NCBI GenBank assembly: GCA_001002135.1
Contig: LCLP01000002.1
Location: 2,520-66,519, forward strand
Reading direction: 5' to 3'
From: Candidatus Pacebacteria bacterium GW2011_GWA1_46_10
GTDB taxonomy: Bacteria > Patescibacteriota > Microgenomatia > UBA1400 > PJMF01
DNA length: 64,000 nucleotides
Shown here: positions 45,722 to 57,555 of the stretch, in pieces
Position numbering within the stretch: the stretch's first letter is position 1
Layout: each line of letters opens with the position of its first letter
Program-made: the position numbers and the translations under genes
Notes under the pieces: generated by a model
What the model was told of the DNA's origin: nothing
Seen by the model: only the letters and a program-made list of their open reading frames with translations
Database searches by the model: none

Positions 45722-46687
45722 ATGGGACTAGTAGATGACTTAAATCCCACCAACTATCAAGAGGAAAAACAGCGTTTCCTCAACAATCCCACTTTTAACC
45801 CTCAGTTTCACTACAAACGAGAGTTTTCTCAAGAAGAACTGTCCCGCCACGGCTTTCCGGCTGATGGCTACCAACAACTGGCGCAACGCATCATTGACGC
45901 CACCTTTCAACAGTTCACTCCCCATGAGCTCCAAGCCCAAAGAGGTCGGTTGCTGACCCAAGATAAAGTGACAGCGGCCATCCAGCAGTTCCTTCAAGCC
46001 CACAGCTTAGAAAACCGTTTTCCGATTGTGTGGTCAGACAAGTTTGTCAGCCGGGCCTCAATCGACGCCCACAACACTATTCGTCTGCGCCTCCCTTGCA
46101 GTGTGTACGAAGAAGATCTGAGTGGTTTGATTTACCACGAAATCGGCACACACGTCTTGCGACGGGTAAACTACGAACAACAGCCATGGTACAAAAAGAA
46201 ACATCAGTTTGGTTTTTCTCCACACCTGAAAACAGAAGAGGGGATGGCCGTCCTACACTCGCTGTTTCCCAAAACCGAAGTCTTTGCCTATCGTCCAGCT
46301 ATCTATCACTTGGCTACGTACAAAGCTCAAGAAGGCTCATTTCTGGATGTGTGGCAATTCCTACTGCAATACTATGCCGAAGATCAGGAAACGGCTTTTA
46401 CGATCGCGGTCAAAAAAAAGCGCGGGCTGACCGATACCAGTCAGCCGGGTGGCTTTACCAAAGATCTAGTGTACTTTGAGGGCTTTGTGGATATCACTCG
46501 TTTCATGATTGCCAATCATTTTCCGCTCAAAGCACTTTACTTAGGCAAACTTTCCTGGCGAGACGTGGACCGCGCGCAGAAACTCAACCCAGATTACGAG
46601 CCGTTGCTGCCAATTTTTTACACCCGCGATCCAGCGGCGTACGAGCGGCGGGTCCGAGAGATCGCCAAAACAAACTTCCTCATTTAG
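45722..46687 (+). CDS. DUF1704 / QEGLA-motif protein with an HExxH zincin-like motif
   Basis: HEIGTH (HExxH) and TEEGMAV (QEGLA-like). Lies 3 nt downstream of the ATP-grasp stop. Confidence 0.6.
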   Translation: MGLVDDLNPTNYQEEKQRFLNNPTFNPQFHYKREFSQEELSRHGFPADGYQQLAQRIIDATFQQFTPHELQAQRGRLLTQDKVTAAIQQFLQAHSLENRFPIVWSDKFVSRASIDAHNTIRLRLPCSVYEEDLSGLIYHEIGTHVLRRVNYEQQPWYKKKHQFGFSPHLKTEEGMAVLHSLFPKTEVFAYRPAIYHLATYKAQEGSFLDVWQFLLQYYAEDQETAFTIAVKKKRGLTDTSQPGGFTKDLVYFEGFVDITRFMIANHFPLKALYLGKLSWRDVDRAQKLNPDYEPLLPIFYTRDPAAYERRVREIAKTNFLI

Positions 46688-46739
46688 AAACAGTCACTCC
46701 CCAGAGCACTCATTGCCAAAGCACCTATAATAGGGCTTC

Positions 46740-47816
46740 ATGAAAAGAATTGTGCTTGGACTATCTGGCGGAGTGGACTCCGCGGTCTCAGCTGTCTTAC
46801 TCAAAAAGCAAGGCTATCAAGTTGACGCTGTCTATCTTGAGTGCTGGCATGAACCGGGCTGTCGGGCTGAAGGGGATCGGCAGGACGCGCTCCAGGTCGC
46901 TCTCCAACTTGACTTGCCGTTTCAAGTGTTGAACTTCAAAAAACCCTACAGAGAAAAAGTGATGCAGTATTTCCTGGACGAATATCAAGCCGGTAGAACG
47001 CCCAACCCCGATGTGATGTGCAATAAGATCATCAAATTTGGACTCTTTTACGATTGGGCGATGAAACAGGGGTATGACGCCATCGCCACCGGCCACTATG
47101 CCAAAGCCGATGGCCAGTTTTTATACGTACCCAAAGACAAAATCAAAGATCAAACCTATTTCTTGTACCAAATTAGGCAAGAGCAATTGGCGCACGTTGT
47201 TTTCCCCTTGGCCGAGCTGACCAAACAAGCGGTTCGTCAACTCGCTCATCAAGCCAAGCTGCCGGTGGCCGACAAAAAAGATTCCGTCGGCATTTGTTTT
47301 GTGGGAGACATTAATGTTCCCAAGTTTTTGGCAGAAAATCTTGGCACCAAGCCAGGCAAGATCGTTGACGAGCATGGGAACATCCTTGGCCAACATCGCG
47401 GGTTGTGGTTCCACACCGTCGGCCAGCGCCATGGCTTTAACTACGATAAGAAAAAATACGCCCAACTCAACCCCATACTACACAAAGACGAATTGCCGGC
47501 TATGTATGTGATTGACAAAAACATCAAAGCCAACGAATTGGTCATCGGTCCCAAACAGGCCACGCGAGTGAAAACGCTTCACGTCTCCAATCTTCACTTG
47601 CTTGGTCTCACCCAAGCTGAGTTGTTCAAGCGAACGGACCTGCGGGTGCGTATCCGCCACACTGGCCAACTGACTGACTGTGAGATTAAGAAAATGGGTA
47701 ATAGGTATTCAGTCAAACTTAAACAACTAGTTGAAGGCGTTGCGTCGGGTCAATCTGCTGTGTTTTATACCTATGAAAAAGCAGGCAGATGCTTGGGGGG
47801 AGCAACCATAAATTAA
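46740..47816 (+). CDS. mnmA: tRNA-specific 2-thiouridylase
   Basis: PP-loop LSGGVDSAV, NPDVMCN, catalytic cysteines. TATAAT sits 9 nt upstream of the ATG. Confidence 0.85.
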   Translation: MKRIVLGLSGGVDSAVSAVLLKKQGYQVDAVYLECWHEPGCRAEGDRQDALQVALQLDLPFQVLNFKKPYREKVMQYFLDEYQAGRTPNPDVMCNKIIKFGLFYDWAMKQGYDAIATGHYAKADGQFLYVPKDKIKDQTYFLYQIRQEQLAHVVFPLAELTKQAVRQLAHQAKLPVADKKDSVGICFVGDINVPKFLAENLGTKPGKIVDEHGNILGQHRGLWFHTVGQRHGFNYDKKKYAQLNPILHKDELPAMYVIDKNIKANELVIGPKQATRVKTLHVSNLHLLGLTQAELFKRTDLRVRIRHTGQLTDCEIKKMGNRYSVKLKQLVEGVASGQSAVFYTYEKAGRCLGGATIN

Positions 47817-47886
47817 GCTGTATAACCGTTTTTCAAATGATATACTTTGATATAAAGTAGTAAACATTTATTTAGAAAGTACTTTA

Positions 47887-48051
47887 TGATTCGTAATATT
47901 GAGCAAGAAGAACCTGAAATTAATCCTGACGAAAAAAGTAAAGCAGCAAAAAAGCGAAAGGCAGAGGCTGAGGAAGAGGACCAACAGCAGAGGAAACGGC
48001 GAACCAGGTACTGGCAAAGATACAGACGTCTAATACGAAAAATCAATTGAT
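47887..48051 (+). CDS. possible small basic protein (54 aa, below the ORF-track cutoff)
   Basis: ATG...TGA ORF MIRNIEQEEPEINPDEKSKAAKKRKAEAEEEDQQQRKRRTRYWQRYRRLIRKIN found by reading the sequence. No homology known. Confidence 0.2.
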
Positions 48052-48068
48052 CCTTCCACAACTCTCCT

Positions 48069-48096
48069 TTGACTTTCCTCTGGCCTTTGTTACAAT
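48069..48096 (+). promoter_or_regulatory. sigma70-type promoter for the 16S rRNA (TTGACT-N16-TACAAT)
   Basis: TTGACT (48069-48074) and TACAAT (48091-48096), about 290 nt upstream of the mature 16S 5' end. Confidence 0.55.
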
Positions 48097-48384
48097 ACCT
48101 CCACTTCACAATTCTCGGTTCAAAAACTGAGAATTCTCGGCATTCGCAGATAAGGACTAGCGCCTTTCGCAGGGGCTCATCCTTTTTTCTGGTGAAGCGC
48201 ACTTTAACAAGTAAAGACTCAACAGCACCATCATGATTTCTGAAATAAACATGGTGGTGGAAATGCAAACAATTTGATGGATTTTATTTTGTGTAAAATC
48301 CGTTAATTCCAAATTGATAATTTGAATTGAACTTATTCAGTAAAATGAATGAGAAGGATTCAAACCTCAATAAGTTAAACTTTT

Positions 48385-49888
<1,504 letters not shown>

Positions 49889-50007
49889 TAAGGAGTAAGG
49901 GTAGGGGATATCACGACCCCCTTTCTCCCGTCCCGAGTAATCGGGACGAAATAACAAGTCCTGTGATTTTCAATGTCCAGGCCATTTCCACTACCGTGTT
50001 TGAGTCA

Positions 50008-50037
50008 GAGATCTGAACAAAAACCACCGCCAAGGTG
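50008..50037 (+). terminator. intrinsic terminator after the 16S rRNA
   Basis: AAAAACCACC-gccaa-GGTGGTTTTT, a 10-bp perfect stem, followed by a T-run. Confidence 0.7.
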
Positions 50038-50101
50038 GTTTTTTGTCATTTGATAACGTCGTTTGATAGAATAGTAAGTAGTAGTGATCAAAAAAGGAAT
50101 T

Positions 50102-50269
50102 ATGGAAGCCCAAGAACACAGAGCGAAAGCTCTCGAGTCTATCCGTCAGCAAATTGCCGAAGCTAGAGCGAAAATTGTTGATCCAGTCACGCCGCAGGCA
50201 GAAAAAGAAAAACTGGCGAGTAAGGTGCAGGAGTTGCTTAGATCAGCCGATCAATATTCAGAAAAATAA
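50102..50269 (+). CDS. small hypothetical helical protein (55 aa)
   Basis: AAGGA RBS 7 nt upstream of the ATG. The track ORF begins at an upstream GTG (50084). Confidence 0.3.
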   Translation: MEAQEHRAKALESIRQQIAEARAKIVDPVTPQAEKEKLASKVQELLRSADQYSEK

Positions 50270-50274
50270 TTACT

Positions 50275-50460
50275 ATGACAGAACAAGTGCAGATTGGGAT
50301 GAGACTTCCCGAACAAGAAGTGAGGTACATTATAGAAGAAATTAAGCTCTTGGTAAGAAGAGTACATGAAAAGAAACTTAGCGAGAGTGAACGACAAACT
50401 CACTTGAAAAGAATTGCTTCACTCCAACGACAGCTTCAAGAAAGTGGAGTAATTAAGTAG
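50275..50460 (+). CDS. small hypothetical helical protein (61 aa)
   Basis: ORF directly following the previous one. Charged helical sequence. Confidence 0.3.
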   Translation: MTEQVQIGMRLPEQEVRYIIEEIKLLVRRVHEKKLSESERQTHLKRIASLQRQLQESGVIK

Positions 50461-50587
50461 CCTCTTTTAGCCGGCTGAAAACCGCGACAATTAATAATAT
50501 ATCAAAAGATATATAAATGTATCTATCTCTGTCAAATACCCACTAAAAACTACTTGATAAACCCGCGTTTTTCAGTTATATTGCTGT

Positions 50588-50614
50588 TTAGCACTCGTGT
50601 ATAATGATTGCTAA
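50588..50614 (+). promoter_or_regulatory. CIRCE-type inverted repeat (HrcA operator) overlapping the clpB -10 box
   Basis: TTAGCACTC-gtgtataat-GATTGCTAA versus the consensus TTAGCACTC-N9-GAGTGCTAA (17/18). TATAAT lies in the spacer. The clpB ATG is 2 nt downstream. Confidence 0.65.
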
Positions 50615-50616
50615 TC

Positions 50617-53178
50617 ATGAATTTGAATCGATTTACCACAAAATCCGCCGAGGCCATCCAAGGCTCACTCCAATTGGCAGGCAAAATGAACCATTCAGCC
50701 TTGCACCCGTTGCATTTATTCCTTGTCCTACTGAGTCAAAAAGATGGCTTGATTCCCTCACTGGTGCAAAAACTTGAACAAGACGTCGACGCTCTCCAAG
50801 CAAAAGCAAAAGCAGCACTCACTCAATTACCAGTCACCAGTAGTTCAACCCAAGCGTATGTCTCACCCGAACTACAGCGGGTGTTCGAAGCGGCCGAAAC
50901 TGAGGCGGGCAAACTGCGCGATGAGTACATTAGCACTGAACATCTCCTTCTCGGGTTGCTCAATGACTCCAACATTAAAAAGCTCGTTGATCTTGATAAG
51001 CAAAAAGTGCTCGAAACTCTCAAAGCACTACGTGGCAGCCAGCGAGTGACTGATCCCGATCCAGAAGGCAAGTACCAAGCCTTGGAAAAATACACCCAAG
51101 ACTTCACTGAGTTAGCGCGGCTAGGCAAAATCGACCCAGTCATCGGGCGGGATGAAGAAATTCGCCGCATTACTCAAATTCTTTCTCGCCGCACCAAAAA
51201 CAATCCTGTGTTGGTGGGGGAACCGGGTACCGGCAAAACCGCCATCGTGGAAGGATTGGCCAAAAAAATCATTGACAACGACATCCCGGACGCGCTGAAA
51301 AACAAACGGGTTCTCAACTTGGATATGGGGGCACTGATTGCCGGGTCTAAATACCGCGGTGAGTTTGAGGATCGGCTGAAAGCGGTCATTAAAGAAGCGG
51401 AAGCTTCCGAAGGACAAGTAATTCTCTTTATTGATGAACTGCACACCATCGTTGGAGCTGGTGCACGGGAAGGCTCCACCGACGCCGGCAACTTACTCAA
51501 GCCTGCGCTCGCCCGCGGTCAGTTGCGCACCATCGGCGCGACGACCTTGAAAGAATACCGCAAATACTTGGAAAAAGACGCCGCACTCGAACGACGTTTC
51601 CAACCGATCATGGTCGAAGAACCTTCGGTGGAAGATGCCATTTCAATTCTACGCGGGATTAAAGAAAAATACGAAACTCACCACGGGGTCAAGATCCGTG
51701 ACAATGCACTGGTAGCCGCCGTGAAGTTATCTGATCGGTATATTGCCGATCGATTCTTACCCGACAAAGCCATTGATCTAATGGATGAGGCTGCTGCCGG
51801 TATCAGGATCGAGATCGACAGCAAACCCACCGTGATTGATCAGCTGGAGCGCAAAATTCGCCAATTGGAAATCGAAAAAACAGCTCTCAAAAAAGAAAAA
51901 GATCAAGCAAGTAAAGACCGCCTCAAGGAAATTGAAAAACAACTGGCCGAGTTCAACGAGCAACACAAACAACTGGAGCTGCACTGGCAAGCTGAGCGGC
52001 AAGCGATCGATAAAATCAAGCAGTCCAGCAAGGAAATCGATGAGTTGAAAGAGCAAGCCGCCCAAGCCGAACGCAACTACGATCTACAAAAAGTGGCCGA
52101 GATTAATTACGGCAAGATCCCGGCCCTGGAAAAACAGATTAATGAGGCCAAAAAAGAGTTGAAAAAAGTCCAGAAAGACCGGCAAATCCTCAAAGAAGAA
52201 GTGACGGAAGAAGACATCGCCGCAGTGGTGTCCCGCTGGACCGGCATTCCGGTGCAAAAAATGCTGGAGGGTGAGAGTGAGAAGCTCACCAAACTAGAAG
52301 AGGAAATCGCCAAACGAGTAATTGGTCAAAAACCAGCCGTCACCGCGGTGGCCAACGCTATCCGCCGCAACCGTGCCGGTATTGGTGAAACCAGTCGGCC
52401 AATCGGCTCGTTTATTTTCCTTGGGCCCACTGGGGTAGGGAAGACTGAACTGGCTAAAACCTTGGCCGAAGTCTTGTTCAACGACGAAAAAATGATGATT
52501 CGCATTGACATGAGTGAGTACATGGAAAAGCATTCCGTCGCTCGACTCATCGGCTCGCCGCCAGGATACGTCGGTTACGAAGAGGGTGGTCAGCTGACCG
52601 AAGCGGTGCGCCGACATCCGTACTCCGTAATTTTGTTTGATGAAATCGAAAAAGCTCACAGTGACATCTTCAATACTTTGCTGCAAATTCTCGATGATGG
52701 TCAACTGACCGATAGCAAGGGAAGAACCGTCAATTTCAAAAACGCTGTTGTTATCATGACCTCTAATCTTGGCAGCGACGTGATCGCCCAGGAACAAGGT
52801 GAGCCTGACAAACAAGCAGAAACTATTCACAAACTGCTCAAAGAACATTTCCGTCCAGAATTCTTAAACCGCATTGATGACATCATCATCTTCCAACCGC
52901 TGACTCAGGCTGAACTTACCCAAATCGTCGCCCTCCAGTTGAAAGATGTGGAACAGCGCTTGGCGCAGAAAGAAATCAGGCTGACCGTGGCACCCAAGTT
53001 GATCGAGCATTTCGCCACCGCTGGGTATGACGAAGTCTTTGGCGCCCGGCCGATGAAGCGACTGATTCAATCTGAACTCTTAGACACCCTGTCCATGGAG
53101 ATTATCCAGGGCAAACTAAAAGAAGGTGCCACTGTCAAAGCTGACTTTGACGGTCGGAAAATTACTCTCAAGTCATAA
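50617..53178 (+). CDS. clpB: ATP-dependent chaperone ClpB
   Basis: N-domain, two AAA+ modules ([15 protein letters not shown] and [15 protein letters not shown]) and a long coiled-coil middle domain between them. The presence of the middle domain indicates ClpB rather than ClpA/C. Confidence 0.9.
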   Translation: MNLNRFTTKSAEAIQGSLQLAGKMNHSALHPLHLFLVLLSQKDGLIPSLVQKLEQDVDALQAKAKAALTQLPVTSSSTQAYVSPELQRVFEAAETEAGKLRDEYISTEHLLLGLLNDSNIKKLVDLDKQKVLETLKALRGSQRVTDPDPEGKYQALEKYTQDFTELARLGKIDPVIGRDEEIRRITQILSRRTKNNPVLVGEPGTGKTAIVEGLAKKIIDNDIPDALKNKRVLNLDMGALIAGSKYRGEFEDRLKAVIKEAEASEGQVILFIDELHTIVGAGAREGSTDAGNLLKPALARGQLRTIGATTLKEYRKYLEKDAALERRFQPIMVEEPSVEDAISILRGIKEKYETHHGVKIRDNALVAAVKLSDRYIADRFLPDKAIDLMDEAAAGIRIEIDSKPTVIDQLERKIRQLEIEKTALKKEKDQASKDRLKEIEKQLAEFNEQHKQLELHWQAERQAIDKIKQSSKEIDELKEQAAQAERNYDLQKVAEINYGKIPALEKQINEAKKELKKVQKDRQILKEEVTEEDIAAVVSRWTGIPVQKMLEGESEKLTKLEEEIAKRVIGQKPAVTAVANAIRRNRAGIGETSRPIGSFIFLGPTGVGKTELAKTLAEVLFNDEKMMIRIDMSEYMEKHSVARLIGSPPGYVGYEEGGQLTEAVRRHPYSVILFDEIEKAHSDIFNTLLQILDDGQLTDSKGRTVNFKNAVVIMTSNLGSDVIAQEQGEPDKQAETIHKLLKEHFRPEFLNRIDDIIIFQPLTQAELTQIVALQLKDVEQRLAQKEIRLTVAPKLIEHFATAGYDEVFGARPMKRLIQSELLDTLSMEIIQGKLKEGATVKADFDGRKITLKS

Positions 53179-53205
53179 AAATAATGGTACAATACTGACT
53201 CTAAT

Positions 53206-53279
53206 GGGTGTGTAGCTCAGGTGGTTAGAGCGCTGTCCTGATAAGACAGAGGTCCCATGTTCGAGTCATGGCATACCCA
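53206..53279 (+). tRNA. tRNA-Ile (anticodon GAT)
   Basis: Acceptor gggtgtg/catacccac-region, D-arm agctcaggtggttagagc, anticodon arm ctgtc-ctgataa-gacag (GAT), T-arm ggtcc-catgttcgagt. Confidence 0.85.
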
Positions 53280-53327
53280 CTAGTATTAAATTCGACTACG
53301 AACAATTAGAGCGTCCAGCCAAGCGAA

Positions 53328-53359
53328 AAGATCCCATGTTTGCAGTCTGCGCTACCCAC
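53328..53359 (+). repeat. degenerate 32-nt copy of the tRNA-Ile 3' end (T-arm plus acceptor)
   Basis: AAGATCCCATGTTTGCAGTCTGCGCTACCCAC versus tRNA GAGGTCCCATGTTCGAGTCATGGCATACCCAC. Followed by TTTTTT. Confidence 0.5.
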
Positions 53360-53426
53360 TTTTTTAACCTTGCTATTTAGCAGACGAAGCGATAGAATGC
53401 CAATCGAATCATAAGGATCAGCAGTT

Positions 53427-55832
53427 ATGGTCGGCATTTCGAGTAAACCTTCCAAAAAAACCAATGGCGCTCAGCCAGCAGTAATAAAAAGTTCATTGCT
53501 TGGACCATCACGGTACCCGGTGGTACCGCTGCGTGAAGGGGTGCTGTTTCCTCGCACTGAATCGGTCTTAAACTTTGGCCGGGATATCTCGCTTGAGGGA
53601 ATTAAGGCCGCTGCCAAACAAGCCCGTAGTATGATTGTCTTGCTTTCTCAGAAAGTGGCCGAAAAAAACTTGCCCTCACCAACTGACTTGTATCAAGTTG
53701 GTACTCTGGCAGTAGTCGAACGCACTATCAAAACCGATGAAGCCGTCAGTGCCTTGGTGCGCGGGCTGGGCCGAGTGAAAGTCAGCCGTTTCACCAAAGA
53801 TCAGCCATATTTAGAAGCGCAGGTAAGTAGATTAAAAGACGTTGAGATTGATGATGATGAAACCAAAGCGTTGGCCAATCACCTGCAGAAATCATTCCGT
53901 AAAACCGTCCAAATGGGTAAACCAGTGGAGTTTCTCAACTTCATGAAACTGCTGGGCGGCGTTAAACCAGGAGAGTTAGCTGATCAAGTCGCCAGCACCT
54001 TAAACATCACCACTGACATTAAACAAAGTATTTTGGAGACCACGAGCGTTAAAGACCGCTTGAAACTGGTCATCAAACACCTCACCCACGAAGTCAAAGT
54101 ACTGGAAATCGAAAAAGATGTCGTCCATAAAACTCAGGAACAGTTTGATAAACACATGCGGGAAAGCGTCCTGCGAGAACGGATGCGTACTATTCAAAAG
54201 GAACTTGGCGAGCTGGATGATGAAAAAGAGCTGGCCGGCAATTATGCTCAAAAACTCAAAAAACTCAAAGTAAATGCTGATGCTAAAGACAAGATCGGCA
54301 AAGAAATTAAGCGTCTCCAACAAATGTCTCCCAACAATCCTGAGAGTGGGTACGTGCGCTCGTGGTTGGATACTGTTTTCGAATTGCCATGGGGTAAAAG
54401 CACCACTACCAAAATTAATTTAAAAAAGGCCCAGCAAACTCTTGACGAGGCACACTATGGTCTGACCGACGTCAAAGACCGAGTGCTGGAACATATCGCT
54501 GTCTTGGAACTTAAACAACACACCCAAGGTAAAAAAGACAGCCAAATGCCCACCATTTTGTGTTTTGTTGGCCCACCCGGAGTAGGGAAAACAAGCATCG
54601 GCCGTTCCATTGCTGACGCCCTGGGGAAAACCTTTGTTAAAATTTCACTCGGCGGGATTCGTGATGAAGCCGAGATTCGCGGTCACCGGCGCACCTATGT
54701 CGGCTCCATGCCGGGCAAAATCATCAATGGCATTAAACAAGCCAAGAGTATGGACCCCGTTTTTATGCTGGATGAAATCGATAAAGTCGGCAGCGACTTT
54801 CGTGGTGACCCATCATCGGCACTCTTGGAAGTACTCGACCCAGAACAAAACAAAGAGTTTGTTGACCATTATCTTGATTTGCCTTTTGACTTATCAAAAG
54901 TCACTTTTATTACCACCGCCAACACCCTAGACGCCATTCCGCCAGCCCTCAAAGACCGGTTAGAGGTTATTCGTTACGTGGGCTATATCCCAGAAGAAAA
55001 ACTGCAAATTGCCAAGCGTCACTTAGTTAAAAAAGTCCTCACCGCTAATGGTCTGACGGACAAAAACCTCCGCTACACTGACGCTGCTTTGGCAAAAATC
55101 ATCGGCGGCTATACCCGAGAGGCTGGTGTTAGAAACCTTGAGCGTCAACTCCATACTATTGCCAGAAAAATTGCCCGCAAACTGATTACACAAACCAACC
55201 CAAAAACCGAGGCCGTCACTCCCAGTCAATTGACCAATTTACTAGGCCCACGCGAATACGACGAGGGTTTGGCTGAAAAAGAAGACCTGATTGGTGCCGC
55301 CACCGGCCTGGCCTGGACACCAGTTGGCGGTGATATTTTATTCGTCGAAGTGGCACTCACTCCTGGCAAAGGCAAAATCAATTTGACCGGCAAGCTCGGT
55401 GAAGTGATGAAAGAATCAGCCCAAGCTGCTCTGACTTATGTCAAAGCTCACGCCAAAGAATTAGCCGTCAAACAGAAAATGCTCGAGACCACCAACGTTC
55501 ACATCCATGTGCCTGAAGGAGCTGTGCCGAAAGACGGCCCTTCTGCTGGCGTGACAATTGCTACCGCGGTCGTTTCAGCCTTTACTGATCGACCAGTGAA
55601 AAAATCAGTCGCCATGACTGGTGAAATAACCCTACGGGGAAAAGTGCTCCGCATTGGTGGCCTCAAAGAAAAAACCATTGCTGCTCACCGGGCCGGCATC
55701 ACTACTGTCATTATTCCCAAAGACAATCAACGTGATTTAGCAAAACTGCCTGATGGAGTGAAAAAGGCCGTGGCTTTCAAACCAGTTGACTCAATTGGTG
55801 AAGTCTTAAAAATAGCCCTCTTAAAGGCTTAG
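53427..55832 (+). CDS. lon: ATP-dependent Lon protease (LonA)
   Basis: Lon N-domain, AAA+ module GPPGVGKTS, protease domain with the catalytic Ser in PKDGPSAG. Confidence 0.9.
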   Translation: MVGISSKPSKKTNGAQPAVIKSSLLGPSRYPVVPLREGVLFPRTESVLNFGRDISLEGIKAAAKQARSMIVLLSQKVAEKNLPSPTDLYQVGTLAVVERTIKTDEAVSALVRGLGRVKVSRFTKDQPYLEAQVSRLKDVEIDDDETKALANHLQKSFRKTVQMGKPVEFLNFMKLLGGVKPGELADQVASTLNITTDIKQSILETTSVKDRLKLVIKHLTHEVKVLEIEKDVVHKTQEQFDKHMRESVLRERMRTIQKELGELDDEKELAGNYAQKLKKLKVNADAKDKIGKEIKRLQQMSPNNPESGYVRSWLDTVFELPWGKSTTTKINLKKAQQTLDEAHYGLTDVKDRVLEHIAVLELKQHTQGKKDSQMPTILCFVGPPGVGKTSIGRSIADALGKTFVKISLGGIRDEAEIRGHRRTYVGSMPGKIINGIKQAKSMDPVFMLDEIDKVGSDFRGDPSSALLEVLDPEQNKEFVDHYLDLPFDLSKVTFITTANTLDAIPPALKDRLEVIRYVGYIPEEKLQIAKRHLVKKVLTANGLTDKNLRYTDAALAKIIGGYTREAGVRNLERQLHTIARKIARKLITQTNPKTEAVTPSQLTNLLGPREYDEGLAEKEDLIGAATGLAWTPVGGDILFVEVALTPGKGKINLTGKLGEVMKESAQAALTYVKAHAKELAVKQKMLETTNVHIHVPEGAVPKDGPSAGVTIATAVVSAFTDRPVKKSVAMTGEITLRGKVLRIGGLKEKTIAAHRAGITTVIIPKDNQRDLAKLPDGVKKAVAFKPVDSIGEVLKIALLKA

Positions 55833-55852
55833 TCTGATACACTATCTCCACT

Positions 55853-56746
55853 ATGCGCAAAGGACTGATCGTGCTTGCTATCCTGCTGATCACTGCCATG
55901 GCGATCATGGTCGCTTATGGAGTAAACCCCTTAGAACTAAAGCTTAAGGCTGGTCTGCAAGTCACCACTGACAACGTGCCCGCCTCACTCTTTTTAAACG
56001 ATCAGTACCTTGATAAAACACCCTTTATTGATAAGAAAATTCAACCGAATATCTATAGCTTACGTATCGACCCTGACGATACAAGTTTAGCCGACTACGA
56101 ACTGCCCGTGACTCTGCATAAAGGCACGGTCACCGTCGTCACTTGGAAACCAGGTCCAACCTTGGAAACTTCCGGTGGGGTGGTATACGAAATGGAGCGA
56201 CTGCGCCAAAGAGGGGAAAGTCAAGTTGAGTTTCAAACCATCCCGGATGGCGCTATTCTCACGATCGACAACGGGGCAAAACAATTCAGTCCCGTCTTAC
56301 TCACTGATCTAGCAGAAGGGAACCACCAATTCGAGGTCAGTCTCCCTTCTTATGAAACCCAACAACACACCGTCAACTTGGTGAAAGGACATAAAATCAC
56401 TCTCACCGTTATTCTCGGCAAGATCAGTGACACGGTGGCCCCTGAACCAACCGCTACTGTCAGCGGTACACCGGCTGATGAAACTGCTTTACGTAAAACC
56501 TTCACAACACCACAGGTCCAAATTCTCAGCACTAACTTTTTCAGCAATGATCAGGAGGTACTGCGGGTGAGAGTTACTCCCACCCCACTGGGTGAAGAAA
56601 TCGGTTTTGCGCCAGTGGGCAGTTTTTACCCCTATCTTGGGGAGACTGAGGGTTGGTTAAATATTGAGTTTGCCGGTCAAGCCGGCTGGGTGAGTGCTCA
56701 ATACAGTCAAAAAATCGAAGCTTCTGGTGCACAAACCGCTCAGTAA
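55853..56746 (+). CDS. membrane-anchored PEGA-domain protein with a C-terminal SH3b-like domain
   Basis: N-terminal TM anchor. PEGA-like IPDGAILTIDNGAKQFSPVLLTDLAEGNHQFEV. C-terminal GWLNIEFAGQAGWVSAQY. Confidence 0.5.
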   Translation: MRKGLIVLAILLITAMAIMVAYGVNPLELKLKAGLQVTTDNVPASLFLNDQYLDKTPFIDKKIQPNIYSLRIDPDDTSLADYELPVTLHKGTVTVVTWKPGPTLETSGGVVYEMERLRQRGESQVEFQTIPDGAILTIDNGAKQFSPVLLTDLAEGNHQFEVSLPSYETQQHTVNLVKGHKITLTVILGKISDTVAPEPTATVSGTPADETALRKTFTTPQVQILSTNFFSNDQEVLRVRVTPTPLGEEIGFAPVGSFYPYLGETEGWLNIEFAGQAGWVSAQYSQKIEASGAQTAQ

Positions 56747-56763
56747 TTGTTATAGTATCAGTA

Positions 56764-57555
56764 ATGCCAAATACCTCTCAACCAATCGTCAAAACTCTGC
56801 TCATTATCGGCGCCATCGTCCTCTTTTTCCTCGCCGGTCGATGGTTTAACCCCAACTGGGGCAGGCTAGAGCTTGGCCAACCCGCCACGCTGACCGTGAC
56901 CGGTCAAGCCGATGGCACTCAGACCAACCAAATCGCCACTTTCTACGCCGGAGTAGTCGCGAACAACCCCGATCGAGATGCTGCAGTCAGCACCGTCAAC
57001 GAGCAGATGGCTGAATTAATTCGACAAGTCAAAGAGTTTGGTATCCCTGACGAGGACATCAAAACCGAGAACATCACTGTCTATGAATACACCGAGTCGC
57101 CTCCCTATATTTTAATGGAGGAGAGCGCAGCAGAGCCGGCGATCTTCCCGCCTCCACCAGCCCGAAAAGGTGAAAAGGTCTGGCAAGCGAGCAATAACAT
57201 CACTATTACTTTGCGTGATGTTTCTCGCGCCACCGCATTGGCCACTCTTATTACCAATACCGGCGCCACTACTGTCTCTGGACCAAACTTCACGATCGAT
57301 GACTCAACTGTTCTCGATCGACAACTCTTACAGCAAGCGATGCAAGATGCCCGTGAAAAAGCCGAGTTACTATTGGCGGGCACTGGTCAACGAATCACCA
57401 GAATCATCACCATCTACGAAAACGAAGCCTACACTCCTTATCCGCTGTCTGCCCAGTCAAGAGCAACCGACGCCAGCGAGACTGCTGTGCCAGTCGAGCC
57501 TGGCTCACAAACAATCACTAAATCCATCACCGTCATTTTTGAAATTAGTCGCTGA
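56764..57555 (+). CDS. SIMPL-domain (DUF541) protein
   Basis: TM anchor followed by the SIMPL pattern (LTVTGQADGTQTNQIATFYAGVVANNPD...ENITVYEY...). Confidence 0.6.
   Translation: MPNTSQPIVKTLLIIGAIVLFFLAGRWFNPNWGRLELGQPATLTVTGQADGTQTNQIATFYAGVVANNPDRDAAVSTVNEQMAELIRQVKEFGIPDEDIKTENITVYEYTESPPYILMEESAAEPAIFPPPPARKGEKVWQASNNITITLRDVSRATALATLITNTGATTVSGPNFTIDDSTVLDRQLLQQAMQDAREKAELLLAGTGQRITRIITIYENEAYTPYPLSAQSRATDASETAVPVEPGSQTITKSITVIFEISR

Noticed and set aside
47813-48268. 151-aa minus-strand ORF upstream of the 16S.
   Set aside because: It overlaps the rRNA promoter/leader and the mnmA stop, and its composition is unconvincing. Treated as non-coding.
50604-50616. ATG at 50604 as the clpB start.
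   Set aside because: It is out of frame with the ClpB reading frame. The in-frame ATG is 50617.
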